A stretch of 64,000 bases of DNA from Malacoraja senta (Eukaryota): positions 434,001 through 498,000 of the forward strand of contig JAXLNO010000385.1 of assembly GCA_038087875.1 (NCBI GenBank). The letters are read 5' to 3'. The position numbers were made by a program, and so were the translations under genes. This document shows, one piece after another, positions 13,396 through 42,565 of the stretch. The notes beneath the pieces were generated by a model. That model made no database searches, was not told the origin of the DNA, and saw nothing but the letters and a program-made list of their open reading frames with translations. The number at the start of each line of letters is the position of its first letter. The first letter of the stretch is position 1.

Positions 13396-14970
13396 TGGAA
13401 GCGTTGGAAGCCTTACCCCACTACTCAAACCTCACGTCAAAAACCTTGGCGTGATATTAGACTCAGCACTGAAATTTGACAAACAAGTCAATGCCGTGGT
13501 AAAAGATTGCTTCTTTCAGCTTCGGACGATAGCTAAAATAAAAAATTCCCACACTTTGATGACCTCGAAAAGATCATCCACACATTTATCTCCTCCCGCC
13601 TAGATTACTGCAACTCCCTTTACACTGGCATCAGCCAATCGTCCCTGTCCCGCCTGCAACTGGTCCAAAACGCCGCAGCGAGACTCCTGACAGGCACCCG
13701 AAAAAGGGACCATATCACCCCGATCCTGGCCTCTCTCCACTGGCTCCCTGTGCGGTTCCGTATGCAAGATACAAGATACATTTATTTGTCACATGTACCA
13801 ATTGGGATAGTGAAATGTGTGGTCGCCATACAGCCATACGAATAATAAAGAGCACACAGAACACGTTAGGCTTTAACGCAGACATCCCCACACAGCGGGA
13901 TCAAAGTTTCCCACTGCGAGGGAAGGCTCCAAATTCAATCATCCTCCTCTGTTGTCCTCCCGTGGTCGGGGGGCTCCCCAGCCCCCGCTGTCGCTACGAC
14001 GGGCAGCCCGATGTTCAAGGCCGCTCGCCGGGGTGATGGAAGTCCGACGTCGGAACTGGAGGAAATCCTCCGCACCTTGGACATCCGAAACGGCCACCTC
14101 CTACCAGAGTCCGTGGCTCCCGAAGTCCACAGGCCGCGTCGGGCGGAGATTCAATGCTGGCGGCCCTCCGCAAATGGCCCCAGGTCTCCGCAATGTTGAA
14201 GACAGCGCCGGCCGCTCTTGAAGCTATCCAAACCACAACTCCGTGGTGTTGGAGCAGCGGCTCAACGCTCCGGAGCTCCAAACGGCGATCCAGGTGAGGC
14301 ATCGCCCGCTCCGCGGTGACTCCAGCGCTGTGCCGCTGCTGTTGAAGCTCTGGTCCAGTCCCCGGCAGGAAAGGCCGCTCCAATCCAGGTGGTAGGCCCC
14401 GAGGAGGGGGGCGAGGACGCGACACGGAGAAATAGTCGTGTGCTCGCCAGGAAACGACTGGGAAACAGAGTCCCCCTTACCCTACCCCCCTACCCCACAT
14501 AGAAAAGTTAAAGGAAACCCCAAAACAAACTTTAAAACTAACTAAAAATCTATACATTTCAAGATCCTCCTCTATGTCTTCAAAGCCCTCAATGGGCTTG
14601 CCCCCACCTACATTAAACGTCTTCTCACCCACCACTCCACTTCCAGGTCCCTCAGATCGGCCGACTTGGGGTCCGTCTAGGCATAAACTCAGGGGCGACC
14701 GCGCCTTTGCGGTTGCAGCTCCTAGACTGTGGAACAGCATCCCCCTTCCCTTCAGTACTGCCCCCTCCATCGACTCCTTTAAGTCAAGACTAAAAACGTA
14801 TCTATACTCCCAAGCCTTTCTTGACGTCCTCTGAGCGAGGGCTATATGTATATATGTATGTTGCTTGTTTTTTTTATATTATTCTTATAACAAATGTAAA
14901 GCTCTTTGGCCAACGAGAGTTGTTTTTTAAATGTGCTATATAAATAAATGTGACTTGACTTGACTTGACT
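13396..14970 (+). mobile_element. 5'-truncated L2 LINE inserted in the helicase remnant (pieces 13396-13763, 14551-14970)
   Basis: [26 protein letters not shown]; aataaatg(TGACT)n tail. Confidence 0.9.
13764..14550 (-). mobile_element. GC-rich non-coding retroposon-like insertion within L2
   Basis: Splits L2 at ccgTAT|TATacatttc (uninterrupted at 44289); minus-strand tail gtgacaaataaatg(TATCTTG)n. Confidence 0.7.
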
Positions 14971-15675
14971 GAGGGAACGAATGCTTCCCAACAGCTTTCT
15001 TTGATTCACTCGACATCAATGGATTATCACCACAAATTGGAATTGAATAAAGGATCTCCGATCACGTTAATGAGAGACGTGGAAACCCCCAAAGCTATGC
15101 AATGGAATGAGGATGATTGTGGAAGAGGTACACAATAATCTGATCGTTGCAAGAATCAACATGGGAGCCTTCAAAGATGACCTTGTTCTCATTCCTAGGA
15201 TAACGCTCAATTTGACAGAAGGCGAAGACATTCCCGCTGCAGTCAAGTTTTGCTATGACGATCCATAGAGCACAAGGCCAAACCATGGAGAAAGTGTAGA
15301 TATACCTTGATAAACCGGTATTTCAGCTTGGACAACTTTATGTGGCTCTTATCCAAGGATAGGTGAAGGAGAATGTCAACGTTTTCCTGAATGATGGAAC
15401 ATCGAGCAAGAGTGTTATCAAACGTGTTCTTGGTTGAAAGATGATTTCTGAGGTAAATTCTCAGATTTTCTACGTAAAAGTTTAACCACTTATTAATGTC
15501 GCTATATTAAAATTGTGTGTCTTTATCTCCATCAACGCAAAGCGATATCGAGTCGCCGTGAGCAGCAGAAGCCACCAAGTGATACTACAAGAAAGACCTG
15601 AACTGAATAAATCTCATCTTTAACATTTAAATGGTTGCTATAATTTTATGAGTTATTCACGTTTTAAGCTTTCAC

Positions 15676-17353
<1,678 letters not shown>

Positions 17354-17553
17354 NNNNNNNNNNNNNNNNNNNNNNNNNNNNNNNNNNNNNNNNNNNNNNN
17401 NNNNNNNNNNNNNNNNNNNNNNNNNNNNNNNNNNNNNNNNNNNNNNNNNNNNNNNNNNNNNNNNNNNNNNNNNNNNNNNNNNNNNNNNNNNNNNNNNNNN
17501 NNNNNNNNNNNNNNNNNNNNNNNNNNNNNNNNNNNNNNNNNNNNNNNNNNNNN
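17354..17553. other. Assembly gap (200 N)
   Basis: Run of exactly 200 N; round size suggests a placeholder. Confidence 1.
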
Positions 17554-18425
17554 GGGGGGAGCGTCCTGCAGCCGGGGGAGGGGAATGGCTTCAGGCGGGG
17601 GCCAGAGTGGGGTGTTTCTGAAGGGCTTGTATAGGTGTTGTGGGTCGAAGGGACTGGTTTCCGGAGGGCTAGTACATGCATTGTGGGCCGAATGGACTTT
17701 CCTTGGGCTAGTCCTGCAGCTGGGGACAGGGAGGGTGACGGCGTCAGGTGGGGGCCGGTGCGGGCGGCGCTGCCGTGGCCTACGTTTGGGGGGGGGGGTT
17801 TGCGAGGGGAGGGGAGCGCGTGGGTGTGTGTGCGGTGGTGCTGTGCCCCGGCCAGCGCCCGGCCCCCGCCAGCGCCCGGCTCCCTCAATCCCCCCACACT
17901 CACTCCTTACTTCTACAGGATCTCGAGTTTGCAGCAGTCGGCCAGGCTCCGGACCGCTCGCCACTCCGGGCCGCCTCCGGGATCCTCGTCTCGGGGCGGC
18001 TCATAGGCTCCCCGGCGGCTGCGGGACTCACCGGCTTCGGGACGGCTCCGGCCTCACCGACTTTGGGACGGCTTCGGGACGTCTTCGGGACGGCCGCTGG
18101 ACTCAAGGGCGGCTCACGGACTCAGCCCGGCCTCCATTGCTTTATTCTCCTCGCCCCGGTGATTGACAGCGGGTGCCGGAAGGGGCGTGGTCGTCCAGGC
18201 GAATGACAGGAGAGAAGACCAATCTGCTGAACTTACGATTTTTAAACCTTCGTAACTTTTGTAATATTCCACCGATCGGAGAAACCTTAGTGCGCTTGTA
18301 GCACAGGGGAACGGCGTGTGAGGCGGGGGGGGGGGGGGTCGTAGCGCTATCGGGGACGGTCTTTGCGCAAATATCAATACAGCGCAATCCGGAAGAGGAC
18401 AAGATGAGTTTTAGTTAAGTATCGA
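17554..18425 (-). mobile_element. Helitron-like 5' region (mirror of 11158-11957)
   Basis: Retains 80 bp (18231-18310) missing from the left arm. Confidence 0.6.
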
Positions 18426-18445
18426 AGATAGATAGATAGATTACG

Positions 18446-18606
<161 letters not shown>

Positions 18607-18631
18607 ATAGGTAGATAGATAGATAGATAGT

Positions 18632-19645
18632 TAGAGCATTGAGTATAGAAGTTGGGATGTAATGTTAAATTTGTACAAGGGATTGGTGAGGCCAATTCTG
18701 GAGTTTGGAGTACAATTTTGGTCGCCAAATTATAGGAAAGATGTCAACAAAATAGAGAGAGTACAGAGGAGATTTACTAGAATGCTGCCTGGGTTTCAAC
18801 ACCTAAGTTGCAGAGAAACGTTGAACAAGTTAGGTCTTTATACTTTGGAGCGCAGAAGGTGAAGGGGGGACTTGATAGACGTCTTTAAAATTAGAAGAGG
18901 GATAAACAGAGTTGACGTGGATAAGCTTTTTCCATTGAGAGAAGGGAAGATTCAAACAAGTTGGCATGATTTGAGAATTAAGGGACAGAAGTTTAGGGGT
19001 AACATGAGGGGGAATTTCTTTACTCAGAGAGTGGTAGCTGTGTGGAATGAGCTTCCAGTGGAAGTGGTGGAGGCAGGTTCGATTTTATCATTTAAAAATA
19101 AATTGGATTGGTATATAGACGGGAAAGTAATGGAGAGTTATGGTCTGAGTGCAGGTAGATGGGACTAGGTGAGAGTAAGTGTTCGGCACGGCCTAGAAGG
19201 GGCGAGATGGCCTGTTTCCGTGCTGTAATTGTTATATGGTTATATGGTTATATGGTTATAGAAACATATAAAATTATAAAAGGACTGGACATGCTAGATG
19301 CAGGAAAAAATGGTCCCAATGTTGGGCGAGTCCAGAACCAGGGGCCACAGTCTTAGAATAAAGGGGAGGTCATTTAAGACTGAGGTGAGAAAACTTTCTC
19401 ACACAGGGAGTTGTCAATTTGTGGCATTCCCTGCCACAGAGTGCAGTGGAGTCCAAATCACTGGATGGATTTAAAAGAGAGTTAGATAGAGTTCCAAGGG
19501 CTAGTGGGATCAAGGGGTATGGGGAGAAGGCAGGCACGGGTTATTGATTGGGGACGATCAGCCATGATCACAATGAATGGCGGTGCTGGCTCGAAGGGCC
19601 GGATGACATCCTCATGCACCTATTGTCCATGTTTCTATGCTTCTA
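18632..19645 (+). mobile_element. Two stacked CR1 fragments (mirror)
   Basis: ORFs 18662-18862, 18872-19168, 19159-19356. Confidence 0.9.
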
Positions 19646-20194
19646 TGAATATTTCAGCATCTCTTGCAATATCAGTGATGTCATGGTATGAATTATGATT
19701 TATTTTGGGGGGAAAAAACAAAAGTGGAATGGTAGATGGGTTCACTGGAGATGTCCATCGAAATCACACCAACATTAAATGAAATAACACAGTGTCATGG
19801 ACCATTCATTCATTGGAAAGCATAAATTCTTGTTTTCAGTGAAAAATACACAAAGTGCTGGTGTAACAGAGGGTCAGGCAACATTTTTGGAGAACGTGTA
19901 TAGGTGACGTTTCGGATAGTGACCATTCTTTAGACTCTGTTTTCAGCGAATCGCTTCGTGTTTTTTTTTTCTCGATCCTTAAATTATTCGCTTGTCATGT
20001 CCCATGGTGGAGATAATGGCTGTGGCGCAAGGTGTTTGTTCCGTGAGTGTCACTAATGTCAATCAGCAGGTATGAGGTAATGTCGCTGGAGACATATCGC
20101 TCTCTATATCTCGGTGCCCACCAGAAGGCATCGCCACAGAGCTACAGCGATGACGGACTGACGGAGCCACAGGAGTTAATTGTGTCTTCCAGCT

Positions 20195-20264
20195 ATGGAA
20201 TATCCATTGATCTATCGAATTCGAGATATATATTACCCTACAATAGCGGCTGTCGCTGTTTTCG
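20195..20264 (+). CDS. GPR139-like GPCR copy B, coding exon 1
   Basis: ATG GAA TAT CCA...GTT TTC G|gtaatt. Supplies the YYP..IAA N-terminal half of TM1. Intron 20265-21896. Confidence 0.85.
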
Positions 20265-21896
20265 GTAATTTGGTTTATCTCTGATTTTCATGTACGCGCA
20301 TTAGCTGTGAGACATTCCGTAAACTCCGGCGGTGCCGACGTTAAACAAACATTGTTTGTGTTTCAATAATTCTCTTGTTTAATTTGGTTAGACATCCATT
20401 TTCCTACTGGAACTGCCGCAATGTGTACGTCAGGCCCGTTGTTTATCCTGGCCTGGATCACTGTCTGTACTGATTGCGCCGGCCAGAGCCCTGACCAGCG
20501 AGCAGGTATCAGATAATCACACCCTGGTATGTTGGTCAGGAGCTGTGAGAATGGCAACTTGGGTTCCTTCCGTGGAGAGTCTGAAACGTGTTAGTGAAAT
20601 GACATGTGTTCCCAATCGGACGAACCTGCTTAACTGAATATATAATCGATATATTTTCTACACTCGTCGCTGCGTGAAGCGTAATCCCGCGTTAGACATG
20701 TAATGCTACAGCTCATGAGATAATGCAAGTGAATGTCACCAGCTGGGATCTGACTCTCTGAAGGTGTCACCACTTTACTATGATGTAAACTCAGATGTTA
20801 ACTCAGATGTAAACAGATGCTGTCACGTAATTTTATATCAGTTAATGTTATTCGAAAAATTCAAGAAGATTAGTCAAGCATGACCTTCCAGGCACAAATC
20901 CATGTTGACTGTTCCTAATCAGACCCTGCTTATCCAGATGATTATATATATTATCTTTAAGTATCCTTTCCATTAATTTGCCCACCACTGTTCGGCACGG
21001 ACTTGAAGGGCGGAGATGGCCTGTTTCCGTGCAGTTATGGTTATATGGTTATATGGTTATATGGTTATATATTTTGATATCGTCTCGTTCGGACGATCTG
21101 TAAATCTGGGGTGGGTCGGGAACACCCCCCCCCCCGGTGCTTTGAGAGGTGGGGGACAATCCCACCTATGTTTTGTAATCCGGAATTTATCAGGCTTTCT
21201 AAGGACTGAATCGGCCAGTTCGCGGGGCCTTTCATCGCCCAGCGCGGCTTAAAATCAAACTGCTGCATCCAGGCGATCGAGGCTCCCCATGCTGAAGCCC
21301 CCGCCGGCCGATGAATGGCCACGCGAACGGGCTGATTCAAGCCCCACCATTCGGGCGGAAGAAGCTGCTGTTGCTGGAGTTCGGAGTCGGTCACCAACCA
21401 GGTCAGCCTCCGATGTTACCGACACCCCCCCCCCCATGTTTTAATAGCGATTTCCGTGCCTGACGGCCGGTGTCACACAGTTCCGGAGACGCAGTTTCAA
21501 TCTCCACCCTCCCGTGCTTTATGAGCAATGTTTCATCGTTCGTCCTCCGACTCCACGCTAATCTTGGCTGTGCGCATGTTTCCTCCCACATGCAATTGAC
21601 CTGCCTATTAATGGTTTCTGTAACTACTGTCCATGGGACAGTATAGATGGATGCTACAATCTGGAGACAGTTCATAAGAATATGGGCAGTATTAAAAGCT
21701 GTGAACGTAATATACATTGGTGTTTGATGAGGTGCGTGGACACCGTGGTCCAAAGGCTATAGTCTCTGAACGTGGTCTGGGCTAAAGGTTATTTGGTCAA
21801 CCAAATTTGAAGTTTCAATACATTCCAATCAGACAATGTCCCTCTGATACATTTGTGCGGGCCTTATGTCAGTAATATCTCTTCTCTCTCTCACAG

Positions 21897-22801
21897 TGAA
21901 CTTGTTGGCGATTGTGATTCTCTGTCGAGGTAAATGCGGTCTGTCCAAATGCATCACTCTCTACCTGGTGGCCATGGCAGCGTCTGATCTCCTGGTGGGC
22001 ATCACCGATCCGTTTCTACTTCAGACTATTCGAATTTACTTCCCGTATTTTTTGCTGAACATTACTCCCGTGTGCACGACTATCTATTTCCTGGTCTTTG
22101 CATCCACCGCGGTCTCTGTCTGGCTGACGGTCGCCTTCACCTTCGATCGGTTTGTGGCTATTTGTTGTGAGAAGCTGAAAACAAGATATTGCACTGAGAG
22201 AACGGCGGCTGTGATTATCACGGCAGTGAGTGTGCTGGGCTGTTTAGAGAACGTCCCCCGGTGTTTTACGATACAACCTGTCTACGTGTTTGATAATCTT
22301 CCCTGGCGTTGCTCCACCAAACCCACCTACTTTACGTCGTCTGCATGGATCGCATATGATATCACACACCGCGTCCTAACCCCGTGTATCCCGTTCTTTC
22401 TGATCCTTCTGCTCAATGTGCTGACGGTCAGGCGGATTGTAGCGGCCAGCAGAGTCCGCAGGGGGCTCCGGGGAAAAAGCAACGGAGAGAATGACAAGGA
22501 CCCGGAGATGGAGAACCGCAGGAAATCCATCGTTTTACTCTTCAGTATCACGGGCACTTTCGTCCTGCTGTGGGCAACACAGGCCATATTTTACATCTTT
22601 ACGGGTATTGCGAAGGTGCGAGTTGACGGCTCCCCCACCGGTTATTACTATATCACAGCGGTCACGTCGGGCTTCTTACAGCTCCTCAGTACCTGCACCA
22701 ACACGTGTATTTACGTGGTGACCCAGAGTAAATTCAGGGCTGAGCTGATCAACGCGGTTAAATTCCCAGTGAGTGCAATTCGTGCACTTGTCCGTCCGTG
22801 A
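21897..22801 (+). CDS. GPR139/GPR142-like class A GPCR, copy B, coding exon 2
   Basis: ctcttctctctctcacag|TGAACTTG acceptor; same 7TM motifs as copy A; two amino-acid differences from copy A (FASI/FAST, AVSA/AVSV). Confidence 0.92.
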
Positions 22802-23094
22802 CCCTCTGATCCACGCCGATAGTTCAACATACATTTGCTCCCATCAATGTTTGTCCTCCCAATATTCCCATCCAACTGCTCAGAATCTCCACTACGCACA
22901 TACTCACACAGAACAGCTTGCAATGGCCATTTGAATCATCACTCGTAGAAGTTATAGAATCATACATCACTGAATCTGTCACTTTGGCTCAATTCGTCTC
23001 TGCTAACCGAGATGCGCCGTCAACGCGAGTCCGATTTGCCCGCGATTCCCCGACATTCATTTTAACCTTTCCTATAAATGCACCCGTCCAATCA

Positions 23095-23500
23095 CCCTAA
23101 CGGGCTTGCCCCCTCCTGTATCAAAAATCTTCTATACCACCATTCTTCCTCCAGGTCCCTCAGGTCGGCCGACTTGGGGCTACTGACTATCTCGCGGTCT
23201 AGGTTTAAGCTCAGGGGTGACCGCGCTTTTGAGGTTGCAGCCCCTAGACTGTGGAACAGCATCCCTCTCCTCATCAGAACTACCCCCTCTATCGACTTCT
23301 TTAAATCGAGGCTCAAATCCTATTTCTACCCAATAGCGTTTTTGAGGCCCTCTAAGGGAGCGCTGTAAACAGTTTGTGTATGTATTGTTAGCTCTGTGTA
23401 CCATTGTATGAAGCACATTAGTATCTGCTCTGGTCGACAGCACTTTGGTCAACGTGAGATCTTTTTAAATGTGCTATACAAATAAAATTGATTGACTGGT
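23095..23500 (+). mobile_element. L2-clade LINE 3' fragment (mirror)
   Basis: As 6065-6470. Confidence 0.85.
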
Positions 23501-24098
23501 CTTTTAAATATCGCGACTGTTTCACTCCAGCACGTCTGCAGGATGCGGGACTTAACCTGAGAAGCGGGGAGAATCCTCGCCGTCAGTGGGATAACATGAT
23601 CCGATAAGTTAATCCATAAATTAATCCAGTGTGGATAAGAGCTAATTACAAGCGCATCATCGGGACCAATTTTTTTGGAATTTCGTTTTAAATGGGAAGT
23701 CGCGAAAGAAGGTAAAACCGGATGGTGTTCTGTACCTTAGTGATATTCTGATCTGCTGACTGTCATTGGCTCGCAGGCAACACAACAGGGCTAGAACCAG
23801 AAGCTCAAAGTAAATAGCCGTGTGCACCGTCATTTGAAAGTTCACCGTCGAAATTGACAGACGCTGTTTTGGGCTTGTCTCCGCTTTCTTCTTATCGAGT
23901 CCACACACAAGATTAGAAGTCGTTCAGACAGAGCTGAACACACTTCTCGGCATCTGCACAATGGTGTCTGTCTTGTCGCTTCTTGTGCTTCTTGTGCGTG
24001 GTGGTGGAAAGGTTGGTGGAAACAGGGGCCGTGATGTGAACGCTCTTTCCTTGAGCCCTTGTCTCCGCCAAGAGAGAGCGACAGGAGAAGCATGATCC

Positions 24099-24754
24099 CC
24101 TGTCCCACTGTACGAGGTAATTGAAGAGTTCTCCCGGGTTTTCCCCTGATTCGAACTCGGAGAATGTCCGTAGCGGGTCCGTAGGAGTTCGTGGATGTCT
24201 CGTAGCGGCTCGTTATGCTAACGGTAGGTTCTCTGGAAATCCGGTAAACTCGTGACGTTTTTTCAACACTGTGGAAAATGTCCACGAGAAAAAAAAATAC
24301 TCGTACGAGCCGCTACGAGACATCCACGAACTCCTACCGACCCGATGCGGACATTCTCCGAGTTCGAATCAGGGGAAAACTCGGGAGAACTCTTCAATTA
24401 CCTCGTACATAGACTTATCTCCACCCATCGTTTTCTGCCCTGTACCCCCTTTCTTCCTGTCCCACTGTACGAGCTAATTCAAGAGTTCTCCCCAGTTTCC
24501 CCTGATTCGAACTCGGAGAATTACGGTAGTATCCGCTCGTAGGTACTCGGGGCTCTCGTGGACATTTTTCAATTTGTTGAAAAATCTTCACGAGCTGTCC
24601 GCGTTTCCCGAGTACCTGCCGTTATCGGTACGAGCCGCTGAGAGACGTCCCGAGCTCCGACGGACCCGCTACGTACATTCAACGTGCTTATCACGGGTTT
24701 GATTTTTTTTCTCACGCGGGAGAGCTCTTAAATTACCTCGTACAGTGGGACAGG
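24099..24754. mobile_element. Mirror copy of the MITE pair
   Basis: Reverse complement of 4810-5467. Confidence 0.75.
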
Positions 24755-26004
24755 CACTGGCACACTTCGCGCTATGACATACCTTTTCTGTCATTATTTG
24801 ACGGCTGCATTTCTCATCATATCTGACTACGTTAGATTTGCCGCAGATGATCTGAAGCCGGCGTAAACAATGCGTGGAAAACACAAATTGATGGAGGAAA
24901 TCTGCGAGTCGAGCAGAAACTGTGCAGGGAATGGACAGACGGCGTTTTGTATCGGAACCACGAAGATCTGGGGGAATAGCCCATCGAGAAACAACGCCTG
25001 TCTATCCGCATCACAAATGCTGTCTGACCCATTGAGTACTGAACTGCCCCCCGCTGCAGGATGCAAAGGATTTGGAGAGGGCGTTGAAATGTTAGCATGT
25101 TGGTGAAAATGTAAAGGCTGGATGGAAGAGGGCAAAGTTCAATTGAGATGTGTGGGGCATGTTTCTATATGTCGAGGGTGACCGATGTCTGAATTTGTTT
25201 AGAACGGAGACGAGGAAACACCTTTTCTCACGGAGAGTGGTGAGTGTGGAATTCTCTGCCTCAGAGGGCGGTGGAGGCCGGTTCTCTGGAATCTTTCAAG
25301 AGAGAGATAGATAGGTTTCTTAAAAATAGTGGAGTCAGGGGATATGGGGAGAAGGCAGGAACGGGGTACTGATTGGGGATGATCAGCCATGATCATATTG
25401 AATGTCGGTGTTGGCTCGAAGGGCCAAATGGCCTGCTCCTGAACCTATTGTCTATTGTCTATTGAAATGTTCTTCTCGTGTCGGTTGTGGAGGCTGTTGG
25501 TATCAATGGAGTTTATGAGGCATTTGTATGGGCATGTGGATATGCAAAAACCTGAGAGATCTCCATCAATTTGAGTAAGCAGATTACATTAATTTATGTT
25601 GACATCATGTTCGACCCAGAATTAGCCTTTCCCTGTGTTGCATAGAAACATAGAAAATAGGTGCCGGAGGAGGCCATTCGGCCCTTTGAGCCAGCACCGC
25701 CATTCATTTTGATCATGGCTGTTCATCCCCAATCAATCCCATAGTTGTACATGTCTATTTTCGTTACATAAGTACACAAGACATTGTTAATAAAATAATA
25801 CCATGGTGCAGAATGCAGATTTGAGTTTATTATTCTTGTGTGCACCGCGATAAATCGAAAAGATTTGTTTTTCCCGTTATTGAAACAAAAAAAGCTGTAC
25901 AATAAATAAACACAATCATATTAAAATCAAGATCATTTGATCGAGCAAGAGGGAAGATTGTTAGAATATAGTCATTCGCATTGCAGCGCATTAGCCCCAT
26001 AGAA

Positions 26005-26340
26005 GGGCGGTCACGGTGGTGCAGCGGTAGAGTTGCTGCCTTACAGCGAATGCAGCGCCGGAACCCGGGTTCGATCCCGACTACGGGTGCTGTCTGTACG
26101 GAGTTTGTACCTTCTCCCGGTTACCTGCGTGGGTTTTCTCCGAGATCTTCGGTATCCTCCCACACTCCAAAGAGGTACAGGTTTCTAGGTTAATTGACTT
26201 GGGGAAAATGTAAAAATGGTCCCTAGTGGGAGTAGAATGGTGTTAATGTGCGGGGATTGCTGGTCGGCGCCGACCCGGTGGGCCGAAGGGCCTGTTTCTG
26301 GGCTGCATTCTCTAAAGCTAAAACTATATAAAACTAAAGA
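26005..26340 (+). mobile_element. tRNA-derived V-SINE (HE1-like)
   Basis: A box TGGTGCAGCGG, B box GGTTCGATCCC, V-domain gtctgtacggagtttgtac..cccacactccaaaga, CR1-like gggccgaagggcctgtttc tail. Confidence 0.88.
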
Positions 26341-26499
26341 CAAAGTCAGCTGTCCACGTTGGGGAAGTGGTGAATCGCGTACTCATGGCTTGTGGAAGGA
26401 CCGACAGGAAACATAATAGCAGAGGGGAAAAGAGGTTTCTTAGTGTGGTGGTGCGCGCGTTCAAGCCTCTGTACCTTTAGCCGGACGGGAGCAGCGTGA

Positions 26500-26780
26500 A
26501 TGCGTGGATGTTTTTTTTCAATGTCGTCGAATTTGAGGAAGGATTTGGTTTTAGCTATTGTACGAAGCTGGAAGAATCCAACTTCTACCACAGCGTTGAC
26601 TTCCTTGTCAAACTTCAATGCGGAGTCAAATATCACGCCAAGTTTTTTGACATGCGGTTTGACTAAGGAGGTTAGGCATCCAAGGCTGCCTGCTATCGTT
26701 TTGATGGAGTCAGACTTGGTAATCATTGGTAATATTAATTCCAAGGAACTTGAAGATCGTAACCATTTCTTATTGAGCAG
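26500..26780 (-). mobile_element. L2 internal fragment (duplicate at 59656-59935)
   Basis: [34 protein letters not shown]. Confidence 0.85.
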
Positions 26781-26782
26781 GC

Positions 26783-42559
<15,777 letters not shown>

Positions 42560-42565
<6 letters not shown>

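Larger units (their letters stand above)
13135..15437 (+). pseudogene. Helitron Pif1-like helicase remnant in two pieces (13135-13395 and 14971-15437)
   Basis: Manual translation: HFLLKV..IDFIYP..CILRPHNDTMRSIN; FDSLDINGLSP..KGSPITLMR..LCNGMRMIV..VLIPRI..FAMTIHRAQGQTMEKV*IYLDKPVFQLGQLYVAL. Contains stops and frameshifts. Confidence 0.88.
11158..15580 (+). mobile_element. Decayed Helitron: 5' region, GC-rich minisatellite (~11760-13080) and helicase remnant, interrupted by L2
   Basis: Starts ACTAAAACTCATCTTGTCCTCTTCCGG like 42566; repeated cccgcctgaagccgtcccc..tgcaggacgctcc units; Pif1-like coding remnants downstream. That all parts belong to one element is inferred. Confidence 0.55.

Noticed and set aside
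21866..21896. ORF-track start MSVISLLSLT for the receptor (also 7669-7699)
   Set aside because: This is the intron's pyrimidine tract and acceptor; TM1 is completed by the upstream exon.
26005..26085. tRNA gene (also 59162)
   Set aside because: A/B boxes continue into a SINE V-domain and tail; no proper cloverleaf.
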